From NCBI GenBank assembly GCA_028534125.1, contig CM052816.1, positions 64,482,001 to 64,546,000 on the forward strand: a DNA stretch of 64,000 nt, given 5' to 3'. The translations under genes were made by a program, and so were the position numbers. Positions 51,161 through 63,607 of this stretch are shown one piece after another (position 1 is the first letter of the stretch; each line of letters begins with the position of its first letter). The stretch comes from Lama glama. Lineage: Eukaryota. Below the pieces are notes generated by a model. The model searched no databases. It had not been told where the DNA came from and saw only the letters and a list, made by a program, of their open reading frames with translations.

Positions 51161-53158
51161 TGCTTTCTGCTTCCAGCCAAGATGGAGCAACTGGGACAAA
51201 TTACATGAAACAACAATTTTCAAGACAGTGGACATCGAGTAACAAATACAGTGGTCCCTGAGAATGTTAAATAAACAAAAGTTACCTACAGTTGTCTCAG
51301 CTTACTGCTTTGAGAGATTCTAGGCTGTGGCACAGGGAAGGGTTCTGGACAAAATTTGCCATACTACCTAAATTATGGAGATGGAACTGGGAGTCTAGGG
51401 AGACCAAGATGACTAAAATTCACAGGATAGACTGCCAGACAGGGGACAGCTACACAAAGAGCACATTTTGGATGAAGATTAGCAGAGGACCAAGTAGTCA
51501 GCAGAGCACAAATCATGTGAATGAGGAACTCCTGAGGTCAGGAAGGGAACCACCTGAAAATATCACAAGGAAAGGTACTCGGGTTTTATACAGGGGCAAG
51601 ACTAATGTCAGTTCCCACCACTCAGGGTGGAAAACCTCATGATTGATGGGTCAGAGTAGAGTGCTTAGAAATGATTTGCATCAATAGAGCAGAATTATTA
51701 GTCCTAGATTAACTCTGCTCTAGTCCCACCTAACAAATCTTAAAAGTCAGCTCTGAAAGGATCAAACTGTTTCCAAGTAACTTAACTGTGTCTCAGAACA
51801 AAGCTCAAGAATATATATAGGAATATAAAAATATCCAGTATCCAACTAGGCAAAAATTCAAAATGTATGACATCCAATCAGATATTGCCGAGCAAACAAA
51901 GAAGCAGGAAAATACTTCCCATATTGAGCAGAAAAAAAATCAACTTACCAAAATCAACTGAAAACAGACACAGATGGTAGAATTAGCAGACAAGAACATT
52001 AAAACTGTTGTAACTGTGCCCCATATGTTCAAAAAGCTAAAGGAAGATGGAACATGTTAAGTAGAGCCCTGAAAGGTATAAAACAGACCCACATCAAACT
52101 TGTAGAGATGAAAACTACAACGTCTGAAATGAAAAATACTCTGGATGGATTAATGGTTATTAGATATTGTAAAAGAAAAGATTAGTGAACTTGAAGATAC
52201 AGCAAGAGAAACTATACAAATTGAAACTCAAAGAGTAAAACGTCTTTACAAGTGAACAGAACATCTATGAGCTAGGACACAACTTCAAGCAGCCTAAAAT
52301 TGTGAACTGAGTACCCAAAAGAGAGGAAAGAAAGGGATATAGGAAAAAAAATATTTGAAGAACTATTAGTCAAAATTTTTCTAAATTTGATGGAAACTAA
52401 GTCCACAGGTCTAAGAAGTTCAAAAACTTCAAACACAAGAGACTAAATGATGGTACATATAATCAAATTGCTCAAAATCAGTTAAAAAAAGAAAACCTTT
52501 AAAACAGCTAAAGAAGAAAATATATATTACATACAGAAGGATAAAGATAAGCATGACAACAGATTTCTTGACAGAAACTGCATAAGGTAGAGTCCTTTAA
52601 ACTACTGAAAGGAAAGCAACTATCAACCTAAATACCACATCCAGAGAAATATCTTTAAACTATCTTTAAAAATGTATTTCAAACATATAAAAGCTGAAAG
52701 AGTTCAACATCAGCAGATTAACATTTAAAGAATGTTAAAGGAAGCCTTACAGACTACAGGAAACTGACTCCAGATGGAAATGTGGATCTACAAGAATGAA
52801 TGAAGTGCATTAGAAATGGTAACAATACGGATAAGCACATTTTTCTTATTAATTAAATATCTCTAAATGCTAGTTCACTATTTAAACAAAAATGATGTAG
52901 AGTGTAGTTTGTAACATACGTAGAACTAAAATATATGACAATAATAATGGAAGTGTTAGAAAGAAAAAATGGTGGTATACTTTTGTAAGGTTCTTGCTCT
53001 CTACATGAAGCAGAATAATTACACAAAGAAAGACTTTCATATGCTGAAGATACAGTCTATAAAACCTAAAGCAACCATGAAAGTAATAAAACAAGGAGAC
53101 AAAGCTAATAACCCACAAAAAGAAATAAAACTGAATCATAAACAATACTCAGAACTAA

Positions 53159-53531
53159 TGTATTAGTTTACTAGCGCTGCCATAACAAAGTATCCCAGAT
53201 TTGGTGCTATAACAGAAATTTATTATTTCACAATTTTGGATGCTTTAGGTCTGAGACCAAGGTGTTGGCATGGTTGGTTTCTTCTGAGGCTTCTCTCCTT
53301 GGCTTGTAGATTGTAATCTTCTCCCTGAGCCTTCACATAGTCTTCCCTCTGTTCATGTCTGTCCTAATCTCCTCTTCTTCTAAGGATATTAGTCATACTG
53401 GATTAAGACCCATCCCAAGGACCTCATTTTAACTTAATTACCTCTTTAAAGACTGTCTCTAAATATAGTCTGAGGTACTGGAGGTTAAGACTTCAACACA
53501 GAATTGGGGGGGATACAATTCAGCCATAACA
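53159..53531 (-). mobile_element. MaLR solo LTR (MLT1A-like)
   Basis: tgtattagttt...gctgccataacaaagta...cttaattacctctttaaagac...caattcagccataaca. Confidence 0.92.
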
Positions 53532-54052
53532 ACAATGAATAAAAAAAGGTAACACCATACAGAATTTGAAGATATTAAAAACAATAAGGGAACATTATGG
53601 TCAGTTTTATGCCAAAAAATGTGGAAACTTAGATGACATGAACAGATTCTTTAAAAAATACAACCTACCAAAGGTCTCTCAGGAAGAAACAGATAACCTG
53701 AATATCTTGTCTAATAAAGACATGGAATTTGTAGTTAAAAATTCCAGGCCCAGATAGCATCATTGGTGAAGTCTTTCAAACATTAAAAGAAGAAGTAATA
53801 TTAACTCTACACAAATACTTACTGTAAATACTTACAGAATTTTGGAGAAGAAATATGCCCAAACCCACTTCATGAGATCAGTATTATCCTGATACCAAAA
53901 CCAAGCAAAGATATTACAAGAAAAAGAGTTACTAACTAGTATTCCTCAAGAACACAGGTATAAAAATGCTAAACAAAATTTTAGATAATCCAATCAAAAA
54001 TATATAAAAAGAATAAAATATCAGGGGCAAGGCAAGAATGTCTATTCTTATC

Positions 54053-55877
54053 AGAGAGAGAAAGTAAAAAATCCCATTTAAAATCACATTAAAAAAAAAT
54101 ACCTAGGAATAAACCTAACCAAGGATGTGAAAAATCTACATGCTGAGAACTATAAAACATTGATAAAGGAAACAAGATGATTCAAAGAATTGGAAAGAAA
54201 GCCCCTGCTCTTAGATTGGAAGAATTAATATTGTTAAAATGGCCATACTCCCCTAAGCAATCTACAGATTTAATGCAATCCCTATGAAAATACCCATGCA
54301 TTTTTCACAGAACTAGAACAAATAATACTTAAATTTATATGGAACCACAAAAGAATCAGAATTGCCAAAGCAACCCTGAGAATAAAAGAACAAAGCTGGA
54401 GGTATAATCCTCCCAAACTTTAGACAATATTATAAAGCTACAGTAATCAAAACAGAGTGGTACTGGAATGCATGAAAACAGACACAGACATCAATGGAAC
54501 AGAAGCAACATCCTGGAAATAAACCCACACACCTATGGTCAATTAATCTTCAACAAAGGAGGCAAGAATATAAATGGAGAAAATACAGTCTCTTCAGCAA
54601 GTGGTGTTGGGAAATCTGGACAGCCACAATGAAGTTAGAACTCTCCCTCACACCATATACAAAAAATAAACTTCAAATGGCTTAAAGATTTAAATATAAG
54701 ACATGACACCATAAAACTCCTAGAAGAGAACACAAGCAAAACATTCTCAAATCATAGCAGTATTTTCTTAGGTCAGTCTCCCAAAGCAAAAGAAATAAAA
54801 GCAAAAATAAACAAATGGGACCTAATCAAACTTATAACCTTTTGCACAGCGAAGGAAACCATCAACAAAACTAAAAGACAACCTATGGACTAGGAGTAAA
54901 TATTTGCAAATGGTATGACCGACAAGGGCTTAATTTTCAGAATATGCAGACAGCTCACACAACTCAATAGCAAAAAAAAACTCAATCAAAAAATGGACAG
55001 AAGACCCAAACAGACATTTCTCCAAAGAAGCTATACAGATGGTCAAAGGCACATGAAAAGATACTCAACACTGCTAACTATTAGAGAAATGCAAATAAAA
55101 CTACAATGAGGTACCACCTCACACAGGTCAGAACGGCCATTATCAAAAAGTCTACAGATAATAAATGCTGGAAAAAGTGTAGAGAAAAGGGAACCTTTGT
55201 ACACTGTTGATGGGAATATAAATTGGTGCAGTCACTATGGAAAACAGTCTGAAGGTTCCTTAGAAAACAAAAAACAGAGTTACCATATGATCCAGGAATC
55301 CCACTCCTGTGTACATATCTGGAAAAGATGAAAACTCTATGAACATGCACACTAGTGTTCATAGCAGCACTATTCACAATAGCCAAGATACAGAAGCAAC
55401 CTAAATGTTCATCAAAAGATGACAGGCTAAAGAAGATATGGTACACACACACACACACACACACAGGAATATTACTCAGTCATAAAACAGAATGAAATAT
55501 TGCCATTTGCAGCAACATGGATGGAGCTAGAGATTATCAGGCTAAGTGAAGTAAGTCAGGCAGAAAAAGACAAATATATCATTTATATGTGGAATCTAAA
55601 AAAAATATCACAGATCAACTTATTTACAAGACAAAAACAGACTCACAGACAAAGACAACAAATTTATGGTTACCATAGGGGAAACAGGAGGGCAAGGGAT
55701 AAATTAGGAGTATGATATTAACATATACACACCAGTATACATAAAATAAATAACAAGGATTTACGGTATAGCACATGGCACTACATTCAATATCTTGCAA
55801 TAAACTATAATGGAAAAGAATCAGGTTGTACACTTGAAACTAACAATATTTTAAATCAACTATAGTTAAAATTAAAA
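54053..55877 (+). mobile_element. Younger 5'-truncated L1 (about 1.8 kb) with TSD
   Basis: ORF2 C-terminus (PFAATWMELEIIRLSEVSQ), 3' UTR and A tail; TSD aagaatgtctattcttatc (about 54034-54052) / aagaaaagtccattcttatc (about 55878-55897). Confidence 0.93.
55443..55465. repeat. (CA)n microsatellite inside L1
   Basis: Read directly. Confidence 0.95.
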
Positions 55878-56549
55878 AAGAAAAGTCCATTCTTATCTAT
55901 CCAATGAGAAGTTTACTGGAGGTTCTAGTCAATGCAAATAGGCAAGATTAAAGTAAGTTAAAGACATCCAGGTTGGAAAGAAATAAAAATGTCTTTATTC
56001 ACAGAGAACATAATCCTCTATGTAGAAAATCTGATGGAACTGACAAAAAAGGTATAATTAATAATTGAGTTTAGCAAAGTCACAGGATACAATATCAATA
56101 TACAAAAACCTACTGAAATATTTGATAGCAACAATCAGAAATTAAAATGGAAAAAACATCATTTACAATAGCATCAAAAATATAAAGCACTTAGGGATAA
56201 ATCTGACAAAAGATGTGTCATATATGTACATAAAAAGGTACAAACTTTGATGAGAGAAATTAAAGAAGGCCCAAATTAAGAGATATACAATGTCCAGGGA
56301 TCAGAAGATCTTTATCGTTAAAATGTCAGTTTTAAATGTTAATTTTCTTTGCAAAGTGATCTATAGATTCAACATAATCCCAACCAAAAGCCCAGGAGGC
56401 ATTTCTGTAGAAATTAACAAAATGATTCCAAAATCCATATGAAAATGCAAAGAATCGAGGATAGCCAAAACAACCTTGAAAGAGAATAATGAAGTTGGAA
56501 GACTAACAGTACCTGACTAAGACTTACAAAACTACAGTTATTAAGCAAC

Positions 56550-56846
56550 TAACTCCCTTAGTCAAATAGCCAGGAAGAACCTGAAACCAGGCAATAGCCA
56601 TTTGATTTGAATGAGCTTGGAAGTAGATCTTCTATGGCATGATGAAGCCATGTGAATGGGCTTGAAAATTGATGAGCCCTGAGAGGAGGCTTGAGATTAC
56701 TGTAGCCTTGTGAGATCCCCTAAGCCAGAAGATTCACCTAAGGCATGCCTAGGTGACCCATGGAAACTCTGAGGTAATAAATGTTTGTTGTTTTAGGCCT
56801 CCAACTTTTGGGGTAAATTGTTACATAGCAATTGATAATTAATATA
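56550..56846 (+). mobile_element. MaLR LTR 3' part (MLT1E/F-like)
   Basis: agccttgtgaga...gaaactctgaggtaataaatgtttgttgttttagg...ttgttacatagcaattgataattaata. Confidence 0.8.
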
Positions 56847-57728
56847 TGTAGCTATCCTATCATCTAATGAAGGAGATCACAATCAACTCTCAATAATTCC
56901 CAGACAAGCAATCTGGTTGAACAGTAGGTCCAGAGACTCTGGGTTGGGATATAATTTGATTATAGATACGTAGAGTCACATATCATAGAAGATTAGAGAC
57001 AGATAGGGCTTTAAAGGATCCTGAACCCAGCTTTTTAATTTTACAGATGAAAAGCAGAGAGGTTTGATCCAATAATCATAGTGGTAAAAATGGCCACTAT
57101 AAAACCTGAGCATAACCCATGTCTTCTGATGCTGGGACCAGAATATCATCATGCCCTGTATTATTTTATAAACTTAACTTTGAAAATTCTTGGTAGGGAG
57201 TTCATACGGCTTGAGAAAACATGTTAATTATTATTTAATAACAATAAAGCAATAAAAGGATCATATGACATTTTATGCTGAGATGATCCTTACTAATTTT
57301 ATTAATGATAGGCAGGTATATTTTAACATGTCTAAAAAAGTAATTTTTACCTGACTTTATTCTGAAATGTTATTCTCACATTTTAATGAGTATGTGTTAT
57401 AAGTAAAGCTTAATGTTCCATTAAAAAGAAACACTGGATCAGAATGTTTCTGTCTCTTCCTAGTATATTCTACCTTGCATGTATTTTAGGATTCTCATCA
57501 ATAATGTTTATTATCATTATTATTAAAAAATAAGCTTAAACTTATAAAAAACAGCAAAAAAGGAATACAAATAGAATATACAATGTTATCTGAATTATGA
57601 AGATAAAACTTTTGAGAGGTCTATGTAAGAAGTACAAATCATGCCATGAATTAAACTTAAAACATTCCCTGAAACTTTGTAAGACTGTTCAGTAGCTAGT
57701 TCTGTAATATCTCCCATAGATGAACTTT

Positions 57729-58981
57729 TTTTTTGTTTTGTTTTAACATTTTTTGATTTATAATCATTTTACAATGTTGTGTCAAATTCCAGTGTAGAGC
57801 ACAATTTTTCAGTTATACATGAACATATATATATTCATTGTCACATTTTTTCTCTGTGAGCTACCAAAAGATCTTGTGTATATTTCCCTGTGCTATACAG
57901 TATAATCTTGTTTATCTATTCTACAATCAGAGTCATTTTTGCAAAGAGCAAATATGACCAAACTACTTCCTTATTCGAAACCCTTCAAGGACTTTCAGTT
58001 GCTTCTAGAATAAAGATCTAAATCATAGAACAGCCTACATGATCTTCTATGGTCTGGCCCCTGTCTCCTCCTGAACTTTATGTCCCTATATTTCTCCTAC
58101 AAGAGCCTTCCTCTCTGCACGCAATGTTCCTCATTCCCTCCCATCTGAGCCTTTATGAGTGTGGTCTTTTTTCCTGGACCACCCCTGGCCATCTCCCAGT
58201 TCACCTTCATTCTTCCTAGGTCTTATCTTTTTTTTTTTAACATTTTTTATTGATTTGTAATCATTTTACAATGTTGTGTCAAATTCCAGTGTTCAGCACA
58301 ATTTTTCAGTCATTCATGGACATATACACACTCATTGTCACATTTTTTTCTCTGTGATTTATCATAACATTTTGTGTATATTTCCCTGTGCTATACAGTG
58401 TAATCTTGTTTATCTATTCTACAATTTTGNNNNNNNNNNNNNNNNNNNNNNNNNNNNNNNNNNNNNNNNNNNNNNNNNNNNNNNNNNNNNNNNNNNNNNN
58501 NNNNNNNNNNNNNNNNNNNNNNNNNNNNNNNNNNNNNNNNNNNNNNNNNNNNNNNNNNNNNNNNNNNNNNNNNNNNNNNNNNNNNNNNNNNNNNNNNNNN
58601 NNNNNNNNNNNNNNNNNNNNNNNNNNNNNNNNNNNNNNNNNNNNNNNNNNNNNNNNNNNNNNNNNNNNNNNNNNNNNNNNNNNNNNNNNNNNNNNNNNNN
58701 NNNNNNNNNNNNNNNNNNNNNNNNNNNNNNNNNNNNNNNNNNNNNNNNNNNNNNNNNNNNNNNNNNNNNNNNNNNNNNNNNNNNNNNNNNNNNNNNNNNN
58801 NNNNNNNNNNNNNNNNNNNNNNNNNNNNNNNNNNNNNNNNNNNNNNNNNNNNNNNNNNNNNNNNNNNNNNNNNNNNNNNNNNNNNNNNNNNNNNNNNNNN
58901 NNNNNNNNNNNNNNNNNNNNNNNNNNNNNTGAGGTATCACCTCACACCAGTCAGAATGGCCTTCATTCAAAAATCCACAAA
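57729..58981 (-). mobile_element. Composite young L1 insertion: L1 3' end, 300-bp L2-derived segment, second L1 3' end, gap, inverted L1 piece, all in one TSD
   Basis: TSD tcccat(a/t)gatgaacttt at 57712-57728 and 58982-58998; 500-N gap at 58430-58929. Confidence 0.8.
58430..58929. other. Assembly gap (500 N)
   Basis: Run of N. Confidence 1.
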
Positions 58982-59299
58982 TCCCATTGATGAACTTTGT
59001 CTGAGTGTTCTTTATGTTTGAAACCAATTGCTTCGGTAAGTCGTTCCATGTCTTTTTAAAACGGACTATTTTCAGCCAGTCAGCAAAGTCCCCCAAATGT
59101 CTCTTCCTTATACACTTTGGATTTAAAATTCATTCATTCGACAAATATTGACTTGAGTTTGTACTTAATTTATTAGCCAGATCATTAAGAAGTAATATAA
59201 TACTAAGAATAAAGACTGGAGAAAGACAATTTGGGTTCAAATTGTGGCTGTAGCTGCTGTTTGTGCTTTGGGAGTTATTTAATCTCTCTGTGCTTCACT

Positions 59300-60976
59300 T
59301 AAAGGAATCAAAAGGGAACTTACACAGGTTATCACCACCACATCTACTGGTCTACTTGCATCCATGTTTGTATACTTTTCTGCTATTACTCCTGATGAAC
59401 TTTCCATCTTCTTGTCAAAGGTCAATTCCTCCGCAAGTATACTAGATCCTGGCCCCATCTTGCTTCCTCAAGGACTTTCTCTCTCCTGCATTATTAATGC
59501 CTTTTTTTCAACTGGATCTCTCCAATCACTGTTACAAAATTCAGCTACTACTCTCTTTAAAACAAAATAAATTCCTCTTTTGGCTCCACTTTTCTCTCCT
59601 GGTACTGCCTCAACACTCTTTCCTTTTACCGATAAACTCCTACTAACCATTATCTATACTCAGTCTCTCCAAATACTCTTTTGCTATGCTTTTCTCCATC
59701 AGACTTTCGTTCCTAACACTCTATTTTTAGCAGGATCACTGACTTCTCCGTTCTTAAAGCAAAGATTAAATTCTCAGTCTTCATTCGACTGGTTGATCAC
59801 TTCTTCCTCCCTGACATTTGGCTTCCAATACATGATACCTTTCCTTTTTTCTCCTACTTCTCTGACTGCTGTTTTGTCTTCATTGTCTCTAAACCTTGGA
59901 ATAGCCTAGGGGTCAGTCTCTGAACTTCTCATTTTCTATTTATATACATTTCCTTTGTGATCTCATCTTGCCTCCTGGTTTTTAAATACCATTTATTTGC
60001 TGTCAACTCCCAACTTTTATCTCCAGCCCACGCTTTTCCACCAAATTCTTGGCTTATATACAACTTAATATCTCTACTTGGATGTCTAACAGATATTTCA
60101 AGTCTCACATTTTCAAAATTGATCTCATTTCTGCCCCACCCTGCAAATTTGCTCTTCCCATAGTCTTGACCCTTTCAGGCAACAACAACTCTACTCTTCC
60201 AGATGAGGGCCAAAGTTTAAGAGTCATCACTGACTTCTTTCTCTCACATTCCACATCCAATCTGTCAGCAAATCTCCTTGGATATACTTTTATAACAGAT
60301 CCAGAATGCAACTACTTCTTTCTACTCCCACTGTTCCTCTAGTCCAAGCCACAATTAGCTCTTTTCTGAATTATTACAAAAGAATACCATCGCCATGTTT
60401 TGTTTATGTCCCCCTCAGTCTCTCTGCAATGCAGCAACCAGAGTGGTCCTGTTAAATATAACTGAGAGCACATGGCTACTCTTTTCAAAATCTTCCAGTG
60501 GCTTCCAGTCTCACTCAGAGTAAAAGCCAGAGTCCTTACAATGGTCCTTAAGGCCCTACAAGATTGGTCATCCTGTTACTTTTCTAACCTCATCTATTAC
60601 TTTCCCTCTGACTCTGTTCCAGTCACACTGGCTTCCATGCTATTCCTTAAAAAATGGGCATGCTCGTGCCTCAGGGCTTTTGCACTTGCTCTCTAGGAAT
60701 GCTCCTCTGCTTCTTATCTGCGTGATCAACTCCTTTTTCTGCCTTTATTCAAAGGTCATCTTCTCAACAAGTCCATTTCTTTACACTATTTAAAACTGCA
60801 AAACCCTCCCCAACAGCCTCTATTCCCTTTCTCTGTTTTATTTTCTGTGGCCATTAACATACAATATAGTTATTTATCTGGTTTATTGTCTTTCTTCCAC
60901 TCATTCTTCCATTCCAGAATATAAACTCCATGAATTCAGAAGTTCTCAATAGATGTTTATTAAGCAAATGAATGAA
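59300..60976 (+). mobile_element. Long L2 3' portion (about 1.7 kb)
   Basis: Pyrimidine-rich; tctctacttggatgtctaacaga; tcactcagagtaaaagcc; cctcagggcttttgcacttgct; ends ttaagcaaatgaatgaa. Confidence 0.9.
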
Positions 60977-61819
60977 AAGGGCACATTGTCTAATACATAC
61001 TATGGCAAGATATACAGTTTGTAGGTATTTGTACTCTGCTAATATAATATTCATCTGGACCTGAAAATACTTTTGATTCATTTGGGGTTGACACTTATTT
61101 ATTTTTAAAGTTTTTTTCCTTTCCCTGTCTGTATACAATGTTTTGTGTATTTATTTATATTTTACTTTACTTTTTTATGGTACGGAATTCTTAGTTTTTT
61201 ATTTAATTGATATGCAATACTATAAAAGTAGTTTTAGTTTCAGTGTTTGGTTAATACATTTGTTCTAAGGGTATGCCCTGCAGGACAGTTATGCTGAATT
61301 ACTAGATCAGGACAGAGCCATAAAAAGCATTAGAACTTCATTCTAATTCTCTGAAAGTCTCAAAGGCTGAAAAATGAGTCATTACCTATTTGTTTATTTA
61401 TAACTTAATTTATTTCTATGAACATTTTAATTCCATACTATTATTGGAAGAAATGATAAAATAGGCTCATTATAGGAAGGCACAAGCATTATTTGAGAAT
61501 TGCAAACATAGCTTACAACACTGGAAAATCTGTTAAAAGAAGAAAGCTCAGTTACTCCTAGAAGTTGCCAGCTTATAGTCAGTATTTCTTCAAAAAGACT
61601 CTAGTATCTACCCATTTTTGTGTTCCTTCCTCATATTTCTAGTATTTTTATAGCTAATAAGGAAAAATGGAAAAGATATTTCCAGGGAAATATTTAAACC
61701 CACATGCTGACATAAAAATAACCCAGTGCCTATCACTACTATATATAAGGTATCATGCTACACTCACCAGGAAGCAAGGGGTCTACTGTTTACAGTGTGT
61801 AGCTTATCATCCAGTCAAT

Positions 61820-61972
61820 TTATCTGATCTCTCTAGAACTCAGATTCCCAATCTATTCACTGGGTATAACCAGTGTCTACTTTATAGGATTGTTGTGATG
61901 ATTAAAACAATATTAATGATTATAAAGCAATGGCATAATACCACATACAGGTAAACACTTGATAAATTTAAG
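61820..61972 (+). mobile_element. MIR fragment
   Basis: ctcagattccc...ctactttataggattgttgtgatgattaaa. Confidence 0.65.
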
Positions 61973-62202
61973 TGATATATAAGATAGGTTTTGGCATTTT
62001 AGTTAAGGTTCTTTCAGTTGAAAATAACAAAAGCTAACTAAAGCTAGATTTCATGTATTCAATATATACTTACTGAGCACTTACTAGGCTAAGAACTGCT
62101 AAGGGAAAAGGGGAAATTTACAACAAAGATATGGGATGGCACTAAGAACTTGAAGGCAGACTTGCAGTTGAACTTCATTCACAAAGAAATAGAACGAGAA
62201 TA

Positions 62203-62417
62203 CAGTTGACTCTTGAACAACACAGGAGTTAAGGGCATTGACCCCCTCGCAGTCAAAAACCCAATCAGTAACTTTACAGTTGGACTTCCATATCTGCCGT
62301 CCCGCATCCGCAGATTCAACTGACTGTGGTTTGTGTAATACCGTAGTACGTATTTACTAAAAAAAAACCTGCACATAGTGGACCTGATTCAAACCTGTGT
62401 TGTTCAAAGGTCAACTG
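62203..62417. mobile_element. Tigger2/MER8-family MITE
   Basis: TIRs cagttgactcttgaacaacac ... gtgttgttcaaaggtcaactg, preceded by TA. Confidence 0.88.
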
Positions 62418-63123
62418 TCCTCCTTTTTGCAGACTGGTTTCTACTTTCCTTTTGGTAAATCACCTTTTTCTGCAGCAAAGTTTAGACAGTGGATCAAATA
62501 TAGTCACCCACATGCTACTGAGTTCATATGCTTATTTCAGCCATATGGAGAGACTGCTACTATTTTCTCTTTCTTTGATTTTTTAAATTTAATTCCAAAG
62601 TCCTAATAGGGAGCAAGTGTCCATCTTTGTCCAAACATGGGGTCAGCTAATGGGGTCACTGTAAGTTGAACGAATATTCCAAGTGGTATCTATAGCAAGT
62701 ATTAGCCACGATTTGTAAAAGAGGAAATTAAGACTGAGAAGTATGAGTTACTTTCTCAAGTTCATGTGGGTAGAGAGTACCAGAAACAGAATTCAAACCC
62801 TGAGGTTCTTCAAGTGAAGGACCAGCACATCAAAGTGAGTGCTTCCTTCAATTCTGCATCTTAGGAGCTTTGTTCGCTTCACCCCAGTCCCAGGACTGCT
62901 AATGCTTCATAGTTCTTTTCACTATACATGCATTCCCTTACTATAATGTGGAAATTTCACAACTTACAAAGAAATGCGGTTTAAAAAAAGTTGAAAAAAA
63001 GTTTTACTGATGCAGTTGTAAAAGTTTTTGCAAAGAGAATAAATAGGAAATTATGTATGTTCTTGTTGATTTTGTATCTAAAAAGTTTGCCTTCCAGAAG
63101 ATACTACTAAAGCAGAAACTTAC

Positions 63124-63213
63124 CTTCCCATTCTGCTGGGATGTCTCCTACTTCATAGTCTATTTCTCTTCTATTTGCTGCTTCTACAATTCTTTTCTCT
63201 CGAATAATTTGTC
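63124..63213 (-). CDS. NDUFAF2: NDUFAF2 exon 2 (90 nt, phase 1-1): (G)QIIREKRIVEAANRREIDYEVGDIPAEWE(A)
   Basis: Minus strand: acceptor cacttttgtcttatag|GACAAATT...TGGGAAG|gtaagt donor. Open frame; peptide and length match recalled NDUFAF2 exon 2. Confidence 0.97.
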
Positions 63214-63607
63214 CTATAAGACAAAAGTGATTATTACATTTCTAAATGAACTCATAACACAGTAGTTACTAAAAGAAATATTTTCTCTTTGGATATTGCA
63301 CACTTCCCCATATGATAAGAGAATTAACAGGAAAAATAATAGATTCCATTTAGAATTAGGTATATTAGAAAAAGCAGTTTCTAAACTACTTTATAAATTT
63401 TAATTTCCTACCATAGTGTGCAAAATTAATTTTAGTAGAATAAATCTAGATTCTATGTACAGAAAAAGAGAAATCAATTAATCTGTAGGCCAATAAAAAA
63501 CATTTAAATGAATAACAGAGTGTTTAACTGCTTCAAACTCTGCAAGTATATTAGAAGTGCCAGTGGCTGCTGCTTCTGCCCAAAGGAATCAATATTCATG
63601 GCTCAAT

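Larger units (their letters stand above)
51162..56545 (+). mobile_element. Old L1 (5' UTR, ORF1, partial ORF2) hosting an MLT1A and a younger L1
   Basis: 5' end cttctgcttccagccaagatggag; ORF1 motifs gattagtgaacttgaaga; ORF2 peptide KTIREHYGQFYAKKCGNLDDMNRFFKKYNLPKVSQEE. Confidence 0.85.

Noticed and set aside
58276..59096. The three longest ORFs in the track (200-225 aa)
   Set aside because: They are mostly X, translated from the 500-N assembly gap; the flanks are L1 3' UTR/ORF2 debris.
59263..60696. Multiple Leu/Ser/Phe-rich ORFs resembling membrane proteins
   Set aside because: A by-product of the pyrimidine-rich L2 sense strand.
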